From: Octopus vulgaris
Taxonomy: Eukaryota
Length of the DNA: 64,000 bases
Direction: 5' to 3'
Assembly (NCBI GenBank): GCA_951406725.2
Contig: OX597823.1
Location: 83,948,001 to 84,012,000 of the forward strand
Shown here piece after piece: positions 28,056-41,164 of the stretch. The first letter of the stretch is position 1. Every line of letters starts with the position of its first letter. The notes beneath the pieces were generated by a model that did no database searches, was not told the DNA's origin, and worked only from the letters and a program-made list of their open reading frames with translations. The position numbers were made by a program, and so were the translations under genes.

Positions 28056-28499
28056 ATGTAGTTGAAAAAGAATTGGGAATATGTATCATATATGACGCAG
28101 GGAAATGGCAATATTTCCTGGGTATCACATGTGATATACAGGACAGGAAAAGGATAAACAGGTAAGACAAGCAAAAGAAAATGCTACCATCGTCATATCT
28201 AACCCCACGTTAACATAATCAAAAGGAAATTTTGCAACCCTTAAATCTGGCCCCTCACCCGCTCCTTGTTATACTCCCGCTTCATTAAGCCACCGCTTAC
28301 TTATCAAACAGAAGGAAAGACAATATGCAATGTATTTAGTAACCATGTTAGTACTAGTTTCGCAGATCTGTGATCAAAGGGGATCCGACTGTGACTCCCC
28401 TTTTTTTATATGATGACAGAATGGGATATGAGGGATAAGTGGCTGCTATTTACAGCAGATCATCGAACAGCGTATTATAAGTTCCTTTCATTAGTGAGG

Positions 28500-28930
28500 G
28501 TGGTGATGGTGGTGGTGATAGTAGTATGTAGTAGTAGCAGCAGCAGTAGAAGTGTTCGTGGTGGTAATGGTTGTGATGATGACAGTAGTAGTAGTAGTAG
28601 TACTAGTAGTAGTAGTAGTAGTAGTGGTAGTAGTAGTAGAAGTCGTAGTAGTAGTAGTGGTTGTAGTGGTTGTACTAGTGGTGGTAGTATCAGCAGTAGT
28701 AGTGTTAGTGACGGTAGCAGCAGCAGTAGTAGTAGTAGTAGAATTGATGGTAGTAGTAGTAGTGGTTTTAGTAGTAGTGGTAGTATCAGCAGTAGTAGTA
28801 GTAGTAGTAGTAATAGAATTGATGGTAGTAGTAGTAGTGGTAGTATCAGCAGTAGTAGTGTTGGTGACGGTAGCAGCAACAGCAACAGCAGCGGTAGTAG
28901 CAGTAATAGTAGTAGTAGTAGTAGTAGTAG
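28500..28930. repeat. degenerate (AGT/GGT/AGC)n tract
   Basis: Source of the poly-S/T/V/L ORFs. Confidence 0.9.
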
Positions 28931-30299
28931 CGTTTCTGTGACAAGGCCTCAAATTCTCAACTAGAAGACAGTCAAGTCGAAACCAACTGTTTCCACTTGA
29001 CGTATTTCTATTAACTCGTAAAGAAAAGAAACGGTAAATCTATCGACTTCCAGCGTGGAGTTTGAACTCAGAACGTAAATGATTGCAATATATTTCTCTA
29101 GACTTTCTATAATTTCAGTTCACAGTAGATTGCCATGAAGAATAATATGGGTTTATTTCAAATATTAGCATTTATAGTTCTGGAGATGACTTCATGGAGT
29201 CTCTCTCGTCCATTTATAAACCTTACTTGTCTTTCTATCTCCAGCTGTTTGGTCCCATTTGTATCTCTCTGTCTACATCGAATATAATCCGTTAAATTAA
29301 GCACTTGCCATAGTTTATTAGGAATATTAGGTAGCGTTGCTAGGCGACGAATGCCTGGAAGTTATCGATGACACCTGAAGCAAAAGTTATATAGAAAGAC
29401 AAGTGAATAAATAGTATTTTCTTATGAATAATTCTGCTTTCTTGACTAACATCGTAGCTTGTTTTGTATATTTGTGTATAAAATTTCATGGTTAGCTTCA
29501 AGGCTGACAACACTGTGCAACTGCAAGCTATGCTCTGCAGTTAAGATGTTCGTTTCGTAACAATGGAGTTTTTGGTTCAATCCCACTTTGTAGTACCTCA
29601 AACACTTGTCATATAAATAGATATCGCGTATTCACCATTATGTTGACAGTGCAATTTCATGGATGGAAACTATTCGGAAGACCGTGAAAGTATAGCTAAT
29701 CATGTAAATATCGCTGTGCAGTTAAGAAGTTCGTTTTACAACTGCAGTGCAACTGCTTCGATCCCACTTCGCCACCCCTAAAACAACTGTCTTATACCAT
29801 AGGGATTCTTCATCAACACTCGAGGGCAATTTCAACGATGGTTACTATAGCTAGGTATATAGACATCGCTGAGCAGTTTCAAAAATTTGTTTCGCAACCA
29901 TAGGGTCTGTGGATCGGTCCCACATCGAAGTACCTCAATCAATCATTTTACATCAAAGTCTTAACATGGAGGCGTCGTGGTTCGGGTGTCGAAATCATGA
30001 TCGTAAGATTGCGGTTTCGATTCATAGACCGAGCAATGCGATATGTCCTTGAGCAAGACACTTTATTTCACGTAGCTCCAGTTCACTCAGCTGGAAAAAA
30101 AGAATATTCCTGCGACGTAGGGGAAAATATTTGTACGCCTCAGAAACCGAAAAGAAAAACAGTCCTGTGAGACTCGGGAAAGATCTGATGGCCCTATGCT
30201 CCTTACGTAGTTCATCAATACGCTGTTAGGGGAATTTGAAGGATAGCAACCTTGCGAAAAATCGCCCTATAAATGTGGTGAGGTGGGTGCCTTTGTTTT

Positions 30300-31330
30300 T
30301 AATTACTGAAATTTAGGGGAAGAGGACTAGTCGATTGTATCGATACCAGGGAGTAACTGATACTTATTTGATCCGCCCCGAAAGGACGAGAGACAAAGTT
30401 GACCTCGGTGGAATTTGAACTCAGAAAAGAAAGACGAACGAAACGCCGCCAAACACTTTGCTTGCCGTGCTAACGTTTCTACCACCTGTCGGCTGAACAA
30501 TAATAATTATAATAATCCTTTCTACTACGGGCACAAGGCCTGAAATTTTGGGGGCAGAAAACAGTCGATTACATCGACCCCAGTGTTTCACTGGTACTTA
30601 ATTTATCGGCCCCGAAAGGATGAATGGCAAAGTCGACCTCGGCAGGATTCGAACTCAGGATGTAAAGGCGGACGAAATGCTGCTCAGCAGTTTCTCCGGC
30701 ATGCTAACGATTCTGTCAGATCACCTCTTTTAACTGATAATAATATTCCTTTCTACTATAGGCACAAGGCTTCATATATCGTGGGCGGGGATAAGTCGAT
30801 TACATCGACCTCAGTACTCTACTGGTACTTATTTTCTCGAACCCCGAAAGCATGAAAAGTAAAGTCGACCCCGGCGGAATTTGAACCCAGAACGCAAAGG
30901 TAGATGAAATACCTATTTCTTTACTACCCACAAGGGGTTAAACACAGAGAGGACAAACAAGGACAGACACACGGATTAAGTCGATTACATCGACCCCAGT
31001 GCGTAACTGGTACTTAATTTATCGACCCCGAAAAGATAAAAGGCAAAGTCGACCTCGGCGGAATTTGAACTCAGAACGTAGCGGCAGACGAAATACCTAT
31101 TTCTTTACGACCCACAAGGGGCTAAACGCAGAGAGGAGAGACAAGGACAGACAAACAGATTAAGTCGATTATATCGACTCCAGTGTGTAACTAGTACTTA
31201 TTTAATCGACCCCCGAAATGATGCAAGGCAAAGTCGACCTCGGCGGAATTTGAACTCAGAACGTAAAGGTAGACGAAATACCACAAAGCATTTCGCCCGG
31301 CCTGCTAACGTTTCTGCCAGCTCGCAGCCT
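30300..31330 (-). mobile_element. cluster of five SINE-A copies (tRNA head, Meta/MESC-like core); last three fused head-to-tail
   Basis: B box gttcaaattcc, core gcctttcatcctttcggggtcga..aagtaccag; junctions at 30913|30914 and 31097|31098. Confidence 0.9.
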
Positions 31331-31644
31331 TTTTACTCAATAATAATAATAATAATGATAATTATCTGATATCGATTTTTTTTCTGTCTTCTCACTTTAC
31401 AAAAGCTTTACGATTTTTGAAGAAGGGGCATTAGCAGCTTCTGAAAAGAAACGTTATTCAGTAGACAGTGCCAGCATTTCACCGTTCTGGCTCACCAACC
31501 AGATTCTGTCTTGGTCAAACAAATACTTAACAACAAACTATTTGTTTTCCTTCTTGTCTCTGTAACGGTGCAATACTTTATTCCACAGGGAAAATTACAC
31601 GAAGATACTATTACAGTTTATTCCCTCACCTCTCTCTTCCTCCG

Positions 31645-31737
<93 letters not shown>

Positions 31738-31789
31738 CTATCTATCTATTCCGTAGGCTTTTCTTTCCACGGATAAACCTTATCTGCTT

Positions 31790-32009
31790 TCCCCCTTTAC
31801 ACCTTACATCATGACATTTCTGTGATACACGATTCCTATTGATCGATTTTTTTCTTTTTCCCTTTTTTCTTTCCTTTTTTTTTCCTATCCCTTTTACGAT
31901 CCCTTTTGATCGAAAACCTACCCCACTTTTTTTTTCTCCACAAAAAGAAAAGCTCTACTTTGTAATCTGTCCCGTCTGAGTGAAGCCCTGTATGCCTAAT
32001 AAAGAAACA

Positions 32010-32010
<1 letters not shown>
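31790..32010 (+). mobile_element. LINE 3'UTR remnant ending at (TATC)n
   Basis: Pyrimidine-rich UTR ending tgtcc..ctg.gt..agccctgt..g.ctaataaagaaa, similar to the SINE-A tail. Confidence 0.5.
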
Positions 32011-32071
<61 letters not shown>

Positions 32072-32769
32072 ATCTATCTATCTATCTATCTTATCTATCT
32101 ATCTATCTTATCTATCTAGCTATCTTATCTATCTATCTATCTATCTTATCTATCTATCCTACTTTACGCTGCTTGACAAGTTGTTTAAGGTTGTTAGCAT
32201 GTCTATTATTTTACTTGAACATGTTAAATGTCACTTTAATTGTTATCTTTAAACCGAAAAACATTTTTTCTCTGAAGAACAGTGTAAGTTAAAAGATATT
32301 ATAGATGTCGTTTGGGGAATCGTCTGGTTGTTATATCGTGAGTTTATCAAATTACAAGGGCAGAATTCTCTCATGCATGTTTTCAGTTCCCTTAACTACA
32401 GGAATTAAAGACCGAAATAAAGATAAGTACGTAAATAAATAAAATGACAGACGTATGATAAGAAAAGGGAAATAAAATGAAGACCATTAAAAAGAATAGT
32501 TGAGTGATGTTGAATATTACATAAGAAGACGTGGGTGAAAAGAAAGAGATAATCTTTCCAATAGAGTGAATGAAAAACTTGTCACAGAGGAAGGGAATTA
32601 TAAAGTGGACCCTGAAAAAGTAGTAAAATAAAGTTTTTGAAGATATCCACTAAAAAAGAAACAACAGATTAAAAAAATATATTTATAAATTTGCAAGGTT
32701 GCAAAATTACTCTATTAAAATACTGAGATAATCATCCAAATTTTTCAATAAAAATACGAAGTGACTTAC

Positions 32770-33090
32770 TGGCATTCCGTCGGTTTGCGACGATGACTGT
32801 ATCAGTTGATCCGATAAATGGAATAGCTTGTTCGTGAAATTAACGTGCAAATGGCTGAGCGCTCCACAGACACCCGTATCCCTAACGTAGTTCCCAGGGA
32901 GATTCAGCATAACACAGAATGTGATAAAGCTGGCCCTTTGAATTACAGGTAACACACAATTTTACAAGATTAGTGAACTGGAGCAATGTGAAATAAAGTG
33001 CCTTGCTCAAAGACACAACGCAATCTCGGGCATCGAACTCACGACCTTGTGATCGTGAACTGAACACCGCTAATCACTAAGCTACGCACC
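32770..33090 (-). mobile_element. SINE-D (tRNA head, CORE-like tgtctttgagcaaggcacttta)
   Basis: tagcttagtg A box, gagttcgatgccc B box; relatives at 29968-30200, 37607-37755, 38200-38370, 47370-47480. Confidence 0.8.
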
Positions 33091-33134
33091 TTTAAACGAA
33101 GCGACTAAAGATATACAGAGGACACCATAAAAAG

Positions 33135-33457
33135 TTTCAAATTTTGGCACAAGACCAGCAATTTCAGGGACGGGAGTTAACTCGAATTCATCGACCCAAG
33201 TGCTCAACTGTTACTTATTTTACTGACACAGAAAGGATGAAAGGTAATGTCAAACACAGCAGAATTTGAACTCAGAGTGTAAAGAACCGGAAGAAATTTC
33301 GCTAACCATTTTGAGAGGTCGACTTTGCCTTTCATCCTTTTGAGGTCGATTAATAAAGTACCACTTACGCACTGGGGTCGATGTAATCGACTTAATCCCT
33401 TTGTCTGTCCTTGTTTGTCCCCTCTATATTTAGCCCCTTGTGGGCAATAAAGAAATA
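33135..33457. mobile_element. two SINE-A copies head-to-head; the + copy ends at (TATC)n
   Basis: Minus copy ~33135-33310, plus copy ~33315-33457. Confidence 0.8.
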
Positions 33458-33492
<35 letters not shown>

Positions 33493-33543
33493 TTATCTAT
33501 CTATCAATCAATCTATTTGCCTGTCTGTCGCTCTGTCTATCTA

Positions 33544-33575
<32 letters not shown>

Positions 33576-33699
33576 TTTATCTATCTATCTATTTATCTGT
33601 CTGTCTATCTATCTATCTGTCTGTCTGTCTATCTGTCTATGTGTGTATGCATGTATGTATCTATTTATTTGCCTGTCTTTCTGTCTATCTGTTTCTCTG

Positions 33700-33754
<55 letters not shown>

Positions 33755-35057
33755 GTCTATATATCTATCTGTCTGTCTGTTTATCTATCTATCTATTTTG
33801 TCTGGCATGTTAACGATTCTGCCCTCTCACCACTAGACACTAAATAAAAGTCATGAAGCCTTTATAAGCAAGCCTCGAGTCGCATATTAAACAAACTAGA
33901 CATTAGTAATGTAAAATGCGAATGAGCAGTTAAGAGAGGAAAAATTACCAATTTCACAAGATTTATTAGAAACGTTTCATGAAACAAAGCATACGTTTTT
34001 TGAAGTAAAACCCTTCAAACGATGTTTGTTTAACTAACATGTAATAAACTCTAGTCGTATATGACTACCTTGTGTTCGGTTTCTGTTGAAGTTAATATTA
34101 GAAAAAGTTCTATCAAAAAATATTCTCATTAAGAACTGTAAGAAAATTGTATGTGCTAAAAATGCTTTTATAGCGCAGCCAAAATATATGGATTTCTTGC
34201 ACTGAACTGGTTTATTAAAGAATTTGATATATTAGATCGTAACATAAGGAACTGATCAGCAATCTCCATACATTCTTAGCAATAAACCATTAATTCTGCA
34301 AATGCATTCCAAACGAAATAGTTGGCATATGACTAATGTATGTCACGTGATAATTTAATAGAGTGATGTGATTACTAATTCTAAACATTGCTTTATGCAA
34401 CTTAATGTGAAAACCTAACCCATACAAAATGAAGGATATCAGTCATCCATGCAGCAGCATTGGAATTCTCTCAAGAATATTGGCATATATTCTCATCAGA
34501 TGAAATGTCAGCGAAGGTTATGATTAAAGCGGTTATACAATGGCACATTTTTCTCATGATAATGTTGCATTTACATGGCTTCTAAGCTTTTACTGTCATG
34601 CAGATATTCCATAATGTAAACCAACAGATAGCTCCTCTCTCAGTGTGAAAATAGGGACCTAAGTGAAGTAGCTACGTTAGCTGCATTACAGCATTATCTA
34701 TAAAGGGATGAACCAATATGCTTACATGAATATCACGAAAGTGTCAAGTTTTTTAAAAAATAAAATAATTCATTTCTTGCAATGTGCCTTAAATGAAATC
34801 CGTTCTGCATTCTTTTATTCTTATATTCTCTTATTCTTATCTTGTTTCAGTCACTGAACGGCATCATGCTAGAGCACTGCTTCGAAGTACTTTGTTTTAA
34901 ATTTTTAGATCTGATACTTATTTTACCGGTTTCTTTAATCCGAACTACTATGTCAGGAAGATGTAAACAAACCAACACTGGTTGTCAAGCGGTAGTACAG
35001 ACCAAACAGTCCTCATATAGGGCTTAGTAGAATACACTTGTCCAAGGTGCCGCACAG

Positions 35058-35122
<65 letters not shown>

Positions 35123-35126
35123 ATAC

Positions 35127-35174
<48 letters not shown>

Positions 35175-35178
35175 ATAC

Positions 35179-35229
<51 letters not shown>

Positions 35230-35296
35230 AATAGTAATGGTAATACAACAAAGCAATAAATGAGACCTCGATATTATGTAAATATGGGAATCTATC

Positions 35297-35578
35297 TGTA
35301 ATATAATATGTGACAATTATTCGGTTGCCGTAATAAGACTCCGAGTTTCGGATGTCAGGGGTGAAAACTGCTCCGGCATCTCGTCAGTTATCGAGGCAGT
35401 GATAAAATGCCTTTAATTTGGATAATGTCCTTCCTAAACCGATCTTGTACGGGTCCATTGGTATTTGTAGTTAAAGCTAGGGCATCATGTTTTGATTGCC
35501 GGAGCAGTTTTCCACCCCGACATCCGAAACTCGGAGTCTTATTATGGCAACCGAATAATTGTCACATATTATATTACA
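35297..35578. repeat. ~80-bp inverted repeat (PLE inverted pLTR-like unit)
   Basis: 35297-35378 versus ~35497-35578 are near-perfect reverse complements; left arm holds most of the hammerhead. Confidence 0.88.
35333..35391 (-). ncRNA. type I hammerhead ribozyme (PLE-type)
   Basis: Minus strand: ataa-CTGACGA-gatg...catc-c-GAAA-ctcggag-TC-ttat; stem I 4 bp, stem II gatg/catc with one extra C, GUC site ending at 35337. Confidence 0.65.
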
Positions 35579-35825
35579 CACACACACACATGCACATACA
35601 TACATACATACATATATACATATATACATACATACATACACACATACACACATACATGCATACATACATACATACATACATACATACATACATACATACA
35701 TACATACATACATACATACAAACACACGTATATGTATGAAACATGAACCACACAAAGCGTATAGCAGTCGTAAGGTTGGTGGTCGAAGAGGTTTGGTGGC
35801 GGGTATTCTTTCTGTTCTGCTAAGT

Positions 35826-36084
35826 CAGCGGTTCTCAGCCGAGGTTGATATGGCCCCTTTGTGAGGTCCATATAAGAAATTTTCATCAAAATTTATCTTT
35901 AATAAATTGTTTATACTTCTGCTATACCCAAAGTTTTTAATAATAATATATATACGGTTCCTAATAATATTTGAGTATAAAACTATACGCTTTTAAATGC
36001 ATCGAATGGCTACGATGGTCCATCTTCGTAAAATTGGAATCAAAAGAAGTCCATAGGCAAAAAAAAAATGGCTGAAAAGCACTG
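35826..36084. mobile_element. hAT (Charlie-like) MITE
   Basis: TIRs cagcggttctcagcc / ggctgaaaagcactg; flanking 8-mers tgctaagt / tgataagc (6/8, central TA). Confidence 0.65.
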
Positions 36085-36428
36085 TGATAAGCCAACAGTA
36101 ATCAAAGACAAACGACGTCTTAATGAACGCTTAGAGGTTTTTGATACAACAAAGAAACAGATAATTATCAATGATTTTGATTCTAGCCAGCAACAGAAGT
36201 GAGAAAATGCACTTGTCTGTGTCTGCAACTGCACCTGAGAACCTCTAGATAGCTACACGGTCTGCTAGAAATGGTTGAGAAATCTTACTCAAAGTACGCG
36301 CCTACCGTCTTGATAAATGAACACATTGGCTTGTGCCGTTTGATATACATCATGTTTGAATAAAAGACAAGGTGACTATGAGTAGAACTAAAAACCAGCA
36401 ACAGCAACACCCCTACCAACAGCAGGAG

Positions 36429-36615
36429 TGGAGGCGCAATGGCCCAGTGGTTAGGACAGCGAACCCGCGGTCGTAAGAACGTTATTTCGGATCCCAGACC
36501 GGGCATTGTGAGTGTTTATTGCGCAAAAACACCTAAGCTCCACGAGTCTCCGGCATGGGGTGGTGGTGAACCCCGCTGTACTCTTTCACCACAACTTTCT
36601 CTCACTCTTTCTTCC
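36429..36615 (+). mobile_element. SINE-C (tRNA-derived)
   Basis: ggaggcgcaatggcccagtggttagg A box, atttcggatcc B-box-like. Confidence 0.75.
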
Positions 36616-37255
36616 TAAGTCTGCCACAAAGCAGAGGAACCATGGTGTAACCCCCTATGGTGTGGTAAAATTTCAGACCCTAGTCTAGATTGTGAATCCT
36701 CTGTACCCCAGGATGGTTCAGCTCTCCACCCGTTAAAAGCCACCGTTTACGGAATGCAGATAACAACGTAGCTTTCGCACCCGTGCAACCGCCAGTCTAT
36801 TGCATATGGTGGGTGGATCTTCAAGTTGCCACACGCATTCTTAGTAGCATAGAGTAGGCTCGAATTAGAGATTATTCTTTGTGGCTAATGGCGTGAGTCC
36901 TAATTGGAAGAAGAAGACAACAACAGGAACGGTAACAACAACCACGGTCATTTCTGTTTAATCACTGTTGTGGATTGGCAGTATCGTTCAAGCGTCGGGG
37001 GAAAAAACGCTGTGATATATTTGTTTCGGTTCTTTGTGGGCCGAGTTCAAATCACGCTGATGTTACCGTTGGTTTTCATCCCTCCAGAGTCTATAAAATA
37101 AAGTACTAGTAATGTACCAAGATCGATTTACTCGTCAAATTCCCTGATCTTTAAACGTTCTGTGAAGCCAAATGGTTTATTTCAGGTTATCTTAAAGAAC
37201 AGTGAACCCAAGTCAAAACATCAGTGACGCGTTTGTTGTTGTTGTTGTTGCTGCT

Positions 37256-37286
<31 letters not shown>

Positions 37287-37310
37287 TTGTTGTTTCACTC
37301 CATTTCTCAC

Positions 37311-37449
37311 CTACGAGTAGACATATGAGCGAACGCAATCTCGGTGTTGCAGTATCGATTCCATGTCATTTGTCAAGCAACAAAAACGGTTTTGTGTTCT
37401 GGCGGAATCTCTCCTTCTTTTCTTTGCTTCTGACTTGCATGCTAAGGAA
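37311..37449 (-). other. candidate internal exon
   Basis: ttcttgttttaaag| acceptor and GTAG|gtgaga donor flank a unique 139-nt segment. Confidence 0.3.
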
Positions 37450-37777
37450 CTTTAAAACAAGAACATCCGAAATATTTTGGCTATACATATCTAACATTAT
37501 TCTACATAAGGCATCCTTCACAAATATATATTTATTTATTTTGAGACGCCTGGCTGAGATTTGAAGGTGATTTGGCTGCTATTATTACCATATTTAATGG
37601 CATTTACCGGTGCTCCGTCTGTTATGATGACGAGGGTTCCAGTTCATTCCTTCAACTGACCAGCCTGCACGTGAAATTAAACGCATACTCTTAACGTAGT
37701 TCTCAAGGAGATTCAGTGAGACACAATGAAACAAGACTGGCCCTTTGAATAAAAAGTGCCAGTCTTGTTACATTGCT

Positions 37778-38130
37778 TCTCTATTCTCAAGTAGGTCTCT
37801 ATTCTCACTCCTTTTCAAGAAGTACTCTATTCTCACTCTCTATTCTCTATTCAAGTAGTACTCTATTCTCACTCTCTATTCTCTATTCAAGTAGTACTCT
37901 ATTCTCACTCTCTATTCTCTATTCAAGTAGTACTCTATTCTCACTCTCTATTCTCACTCCTTTTTAAGAAGTACTCTATTCTCACTCTCTATTCTCTATT
38001 GAAGTAGTATTCTATTCTCACGCTCTATTCTCTATTCAAGTAGTACTCTATTCTCACTCTCTATTCTCTATTCAAGTAGTATTCTATCCTCACTCCTTTT
38101 CAAGTAGTACTCTATTCACGACTTCCTTTT
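37778..38130. repeat. 36-bp minisatellite
   Basis: Unit tattctctattcaagtagtactctattctcactctc, roughly nine to ten copies with shorter variants. Confidence 0.9.
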
Positions 38131-39206
38131 CAATTAGTACTAGAAATTAAGGAAAGGTGGCGTTGCAATTTTCGCTGACAACAGGATTCTTCTTACACGT
38201 GACAGCAGCCGTTCGACATAAGGTACAACTCATTTTTGTCAGCTTAGTGGACCGGAGCAACGTGGAATAAAGCGTTTTGCTCAAAAACGTAACGCGCCGC
38301 CCGCTCCAAGAATCTAACCCACGATCTACCGATCGGAAATGCAACATCCTAACAACTAGGCCACTGGCCTTCACATATAACCCAACAGATACAAGCATCA
38401 ATATACAAACTGTTTTGAAATATGCTTAGGCCTAAACGTTCACGGATTAGCGAGGTTATTGTGTTCACAGAACGGACTGAATGTTGGAGAAAATGATCGT
38501 CCTGTACCCTGTCAGGTTATGTGTTCAAATCTCCGAAGATCACCTGTATCGGTTATCCTTCTAAGTCGGTAGAGCAACGTACCATTGTAGCACTGGGATC
38601 GATGCGAAAGACAGTTCTCTCTCTATAAAATGTGTGACTCCATTACAATTCAATACTTGCATATACCTGAAGCAACACAAGAACATCATTTATTTATAGT
38701 CACGAAGGAGATATTTAAAACAAAACAAAGCAAATAAAAAAATTGAAGTCAGTATAACTTTTTTACACTGTCGTCTCTCCTCCTTCCCTCCCCCCTCTCA
38801 CTTTCTCTCTCTCTTGGAAAAGACACTCTGCTGCAAGAATCTTTAAGATCTGAATATTTTCAGAAATATGATATCGCTGTCGTCTAATGACGTCATGTAC
38901 ATAATATCAGATAACGATTCACAAGACTAGGAGTAAAAAGAACTGTGAATTAGAAAGAAAAGACAAAAGAATTTATGTAACTGTCGAAAGATATACCCGA
39001 GAAAAGGATGAAAGGGGTTGGCGGATGGTACTGTTAGATACAGAGAGAGAAAGAGGAGAGAGAGAAAGAGGGGAGAGGGAGGGGGAAGAAAAGGGGAGAG
39101 AGAGACAGACTAACAAATAGATAGATGATAGATAGATAAACAGACAGATAGATAGACAGACAGACAGACAGAGATAGAGAGAGAGAGAGAGAGACCTACA
39201 GACAGG

Positions 39207-39258
<52 letters not shown>

Positions 39259-39279
39259 CAGACAAACAAACAGATAGAT

Positions 39280-39503
39280 ATATTTCTTTATTGCCTACAA
39301 GGGGCTAAACTTAGAGGGGATAAACAAGGACAGACAAAGGGATTAAGTCGATTACATCGACCCCAGTGCGTAACTGGTATTTATTTATCGACCTCGGAAG
39401 GATGAAAGGCAAATTCGACGTTGGCGGAATTTGAACTCAGAATCTAACGGCAGACGTAATACGAATAAGCATTTCCGTAATACGGCTACGCATTTCGCCC
39501 GGC
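39280..39503 (-). mobile_element. SINE-A ending at (GATA)n
   Basis: Body intact; tail abuts the GATA tract. Confidence 0.85.
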
Positions 39504-40135
39504 CCTTGTATGACTGAGTCCTTTTTATCGACTCAGTAAATAAGACTACTATTTAACCATTCCATAGTCGCTTATGCTGCTGAAAATAACGAGACGTGGC
39601 GGAGTCCATGCCTCTTCAGGTGAGACTACCCACAGTTTAGCTCTGCAAGAAGAAAAAAATCAGACAAAAAAAATAAATATCAGGAGGTAGAAAGAAACAG
39701 AATCGATCCCTGTCTAGAACCCTTACTTTATGTATATTATTCGAAAAAAAAATTTTTTTAATGTTGATTTAGCACGGATTTGAACTCAGAAGAAAGAGCG
39801 CCAGAACGTTTACCGTTAAGCACCTAATTGCGCCAATTAGGCCCCTTCATCGGAGCGTATCCTGTATAAATGGCCAGAGTACCCCGTCTTTCTTTGAAGA
39901 CAAAAGAGTCGTCTGAATTGAATTGCATTACAAGCGTTTCAAGAGTACCATGCAGTGATAATTGGAAAGAAGATAAAATCGTTTCGTGGAAATTGATAGC
40001 AATTTCTAACAAAATGTGAAGCAATTATTTCTGACAGAAATATGTGAAAAAAAATAAAAAATAAATGGTCCATACTTGTTAATATTAGAAACCAATTCAT
40101 TCTCTGTCTGTTTCTGTCTCTGTCCATCTATTTCT

Positions 40136-40203
<68 letters not shown>

Positions 40204-40354
40204 TATATATCTAGCCCTCTGCCTCTCTTTCTCTTCTCTTCTTTTTCTCTTCTTCTCACTTTAGCTTTCCCCCCCCCATTGTGTTTCCCTCTCTTTGCGC
40301 GCGTACGCTTCATTCACCTTTGCACATACATTCGCATTCCTATGCACAAAAACA

Positions 40355-40423
<69 letters not shown>

Positions 40424-40481
40424 CTAGCTAGCTAGATAGATAGGTAAACTTACTTAGAATCGTTCAATCGTATAATAGTAT

Positions 40482-40530
<49 letters not shown>

Positions 40531-40777
40531 GTACAGTACGTACAAACATAGGTACACATACATATATACACACACACACATGCATATATATATATATATA
40601 TATAGTAGGAAAGAGAGATTACCATATTTACGATATGCATGTGTATGTGCATATAAATGCGTTTCATATACACTCATGGTTACATATGCATACATAAACA
40701 ATTTCACATACGCTCATATTCATAATTTTATCTATATATGTAGGAGGCGTATATGCTGTATACTGTATGTATGTATG

Positions 40778-40811
<34 letters not shown>

Positions 40812-41071
40812 TGTATGTATGTATATATGTAGGTAGGTTGGTAGGTAGGTAGGTTGATAGGCAGGTAAGTAAGTAGGTCTGCACGTACGTACGTGAGTAC
40901 GTACGTATGTATACATCATACATGCTTGAATTTGTGCATGTACAGTAAAAATTAAAGTTACCTTAATTATGCTTTGAAGGTAAATATTAATCTTCTACTT
41001 TGATGATTGCTTAAATCTTTCAAAGTTAAAAAATATACTACTGCTACTACTACTACTACTACTACTACTAC

Positions 41072-41164
<93 letters not shown>

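Noticed and set aside
28410-28964. 184-aa Ser/Gly-rich ORF
   Set aside because: Degenerate (AGT)n tract open in several frames on both strands.
34470-34500. Minus-strand CTGATGA-gaatat...atattc hammerhead look-alike
   Set aside because: Stem II is followed by TTGAGA rather than GAAA, and stems I and III cannot be formed.
36429-36505. Possible tRNA gene
   Set aside because: Poor cloverleaf and it continues into a SINE body; the same holds for the other A/B-box heads.
37778-38130. CRISPR-like periodicity of 36 bp
   Set aside because: Contiguous tandem units without unique spacers; eukaryotic context, no cas genes.
38888-38895. TGACGTCA CRE palindrome
   Set aside because: A single 8-mer is expected by chance in 64 kb.
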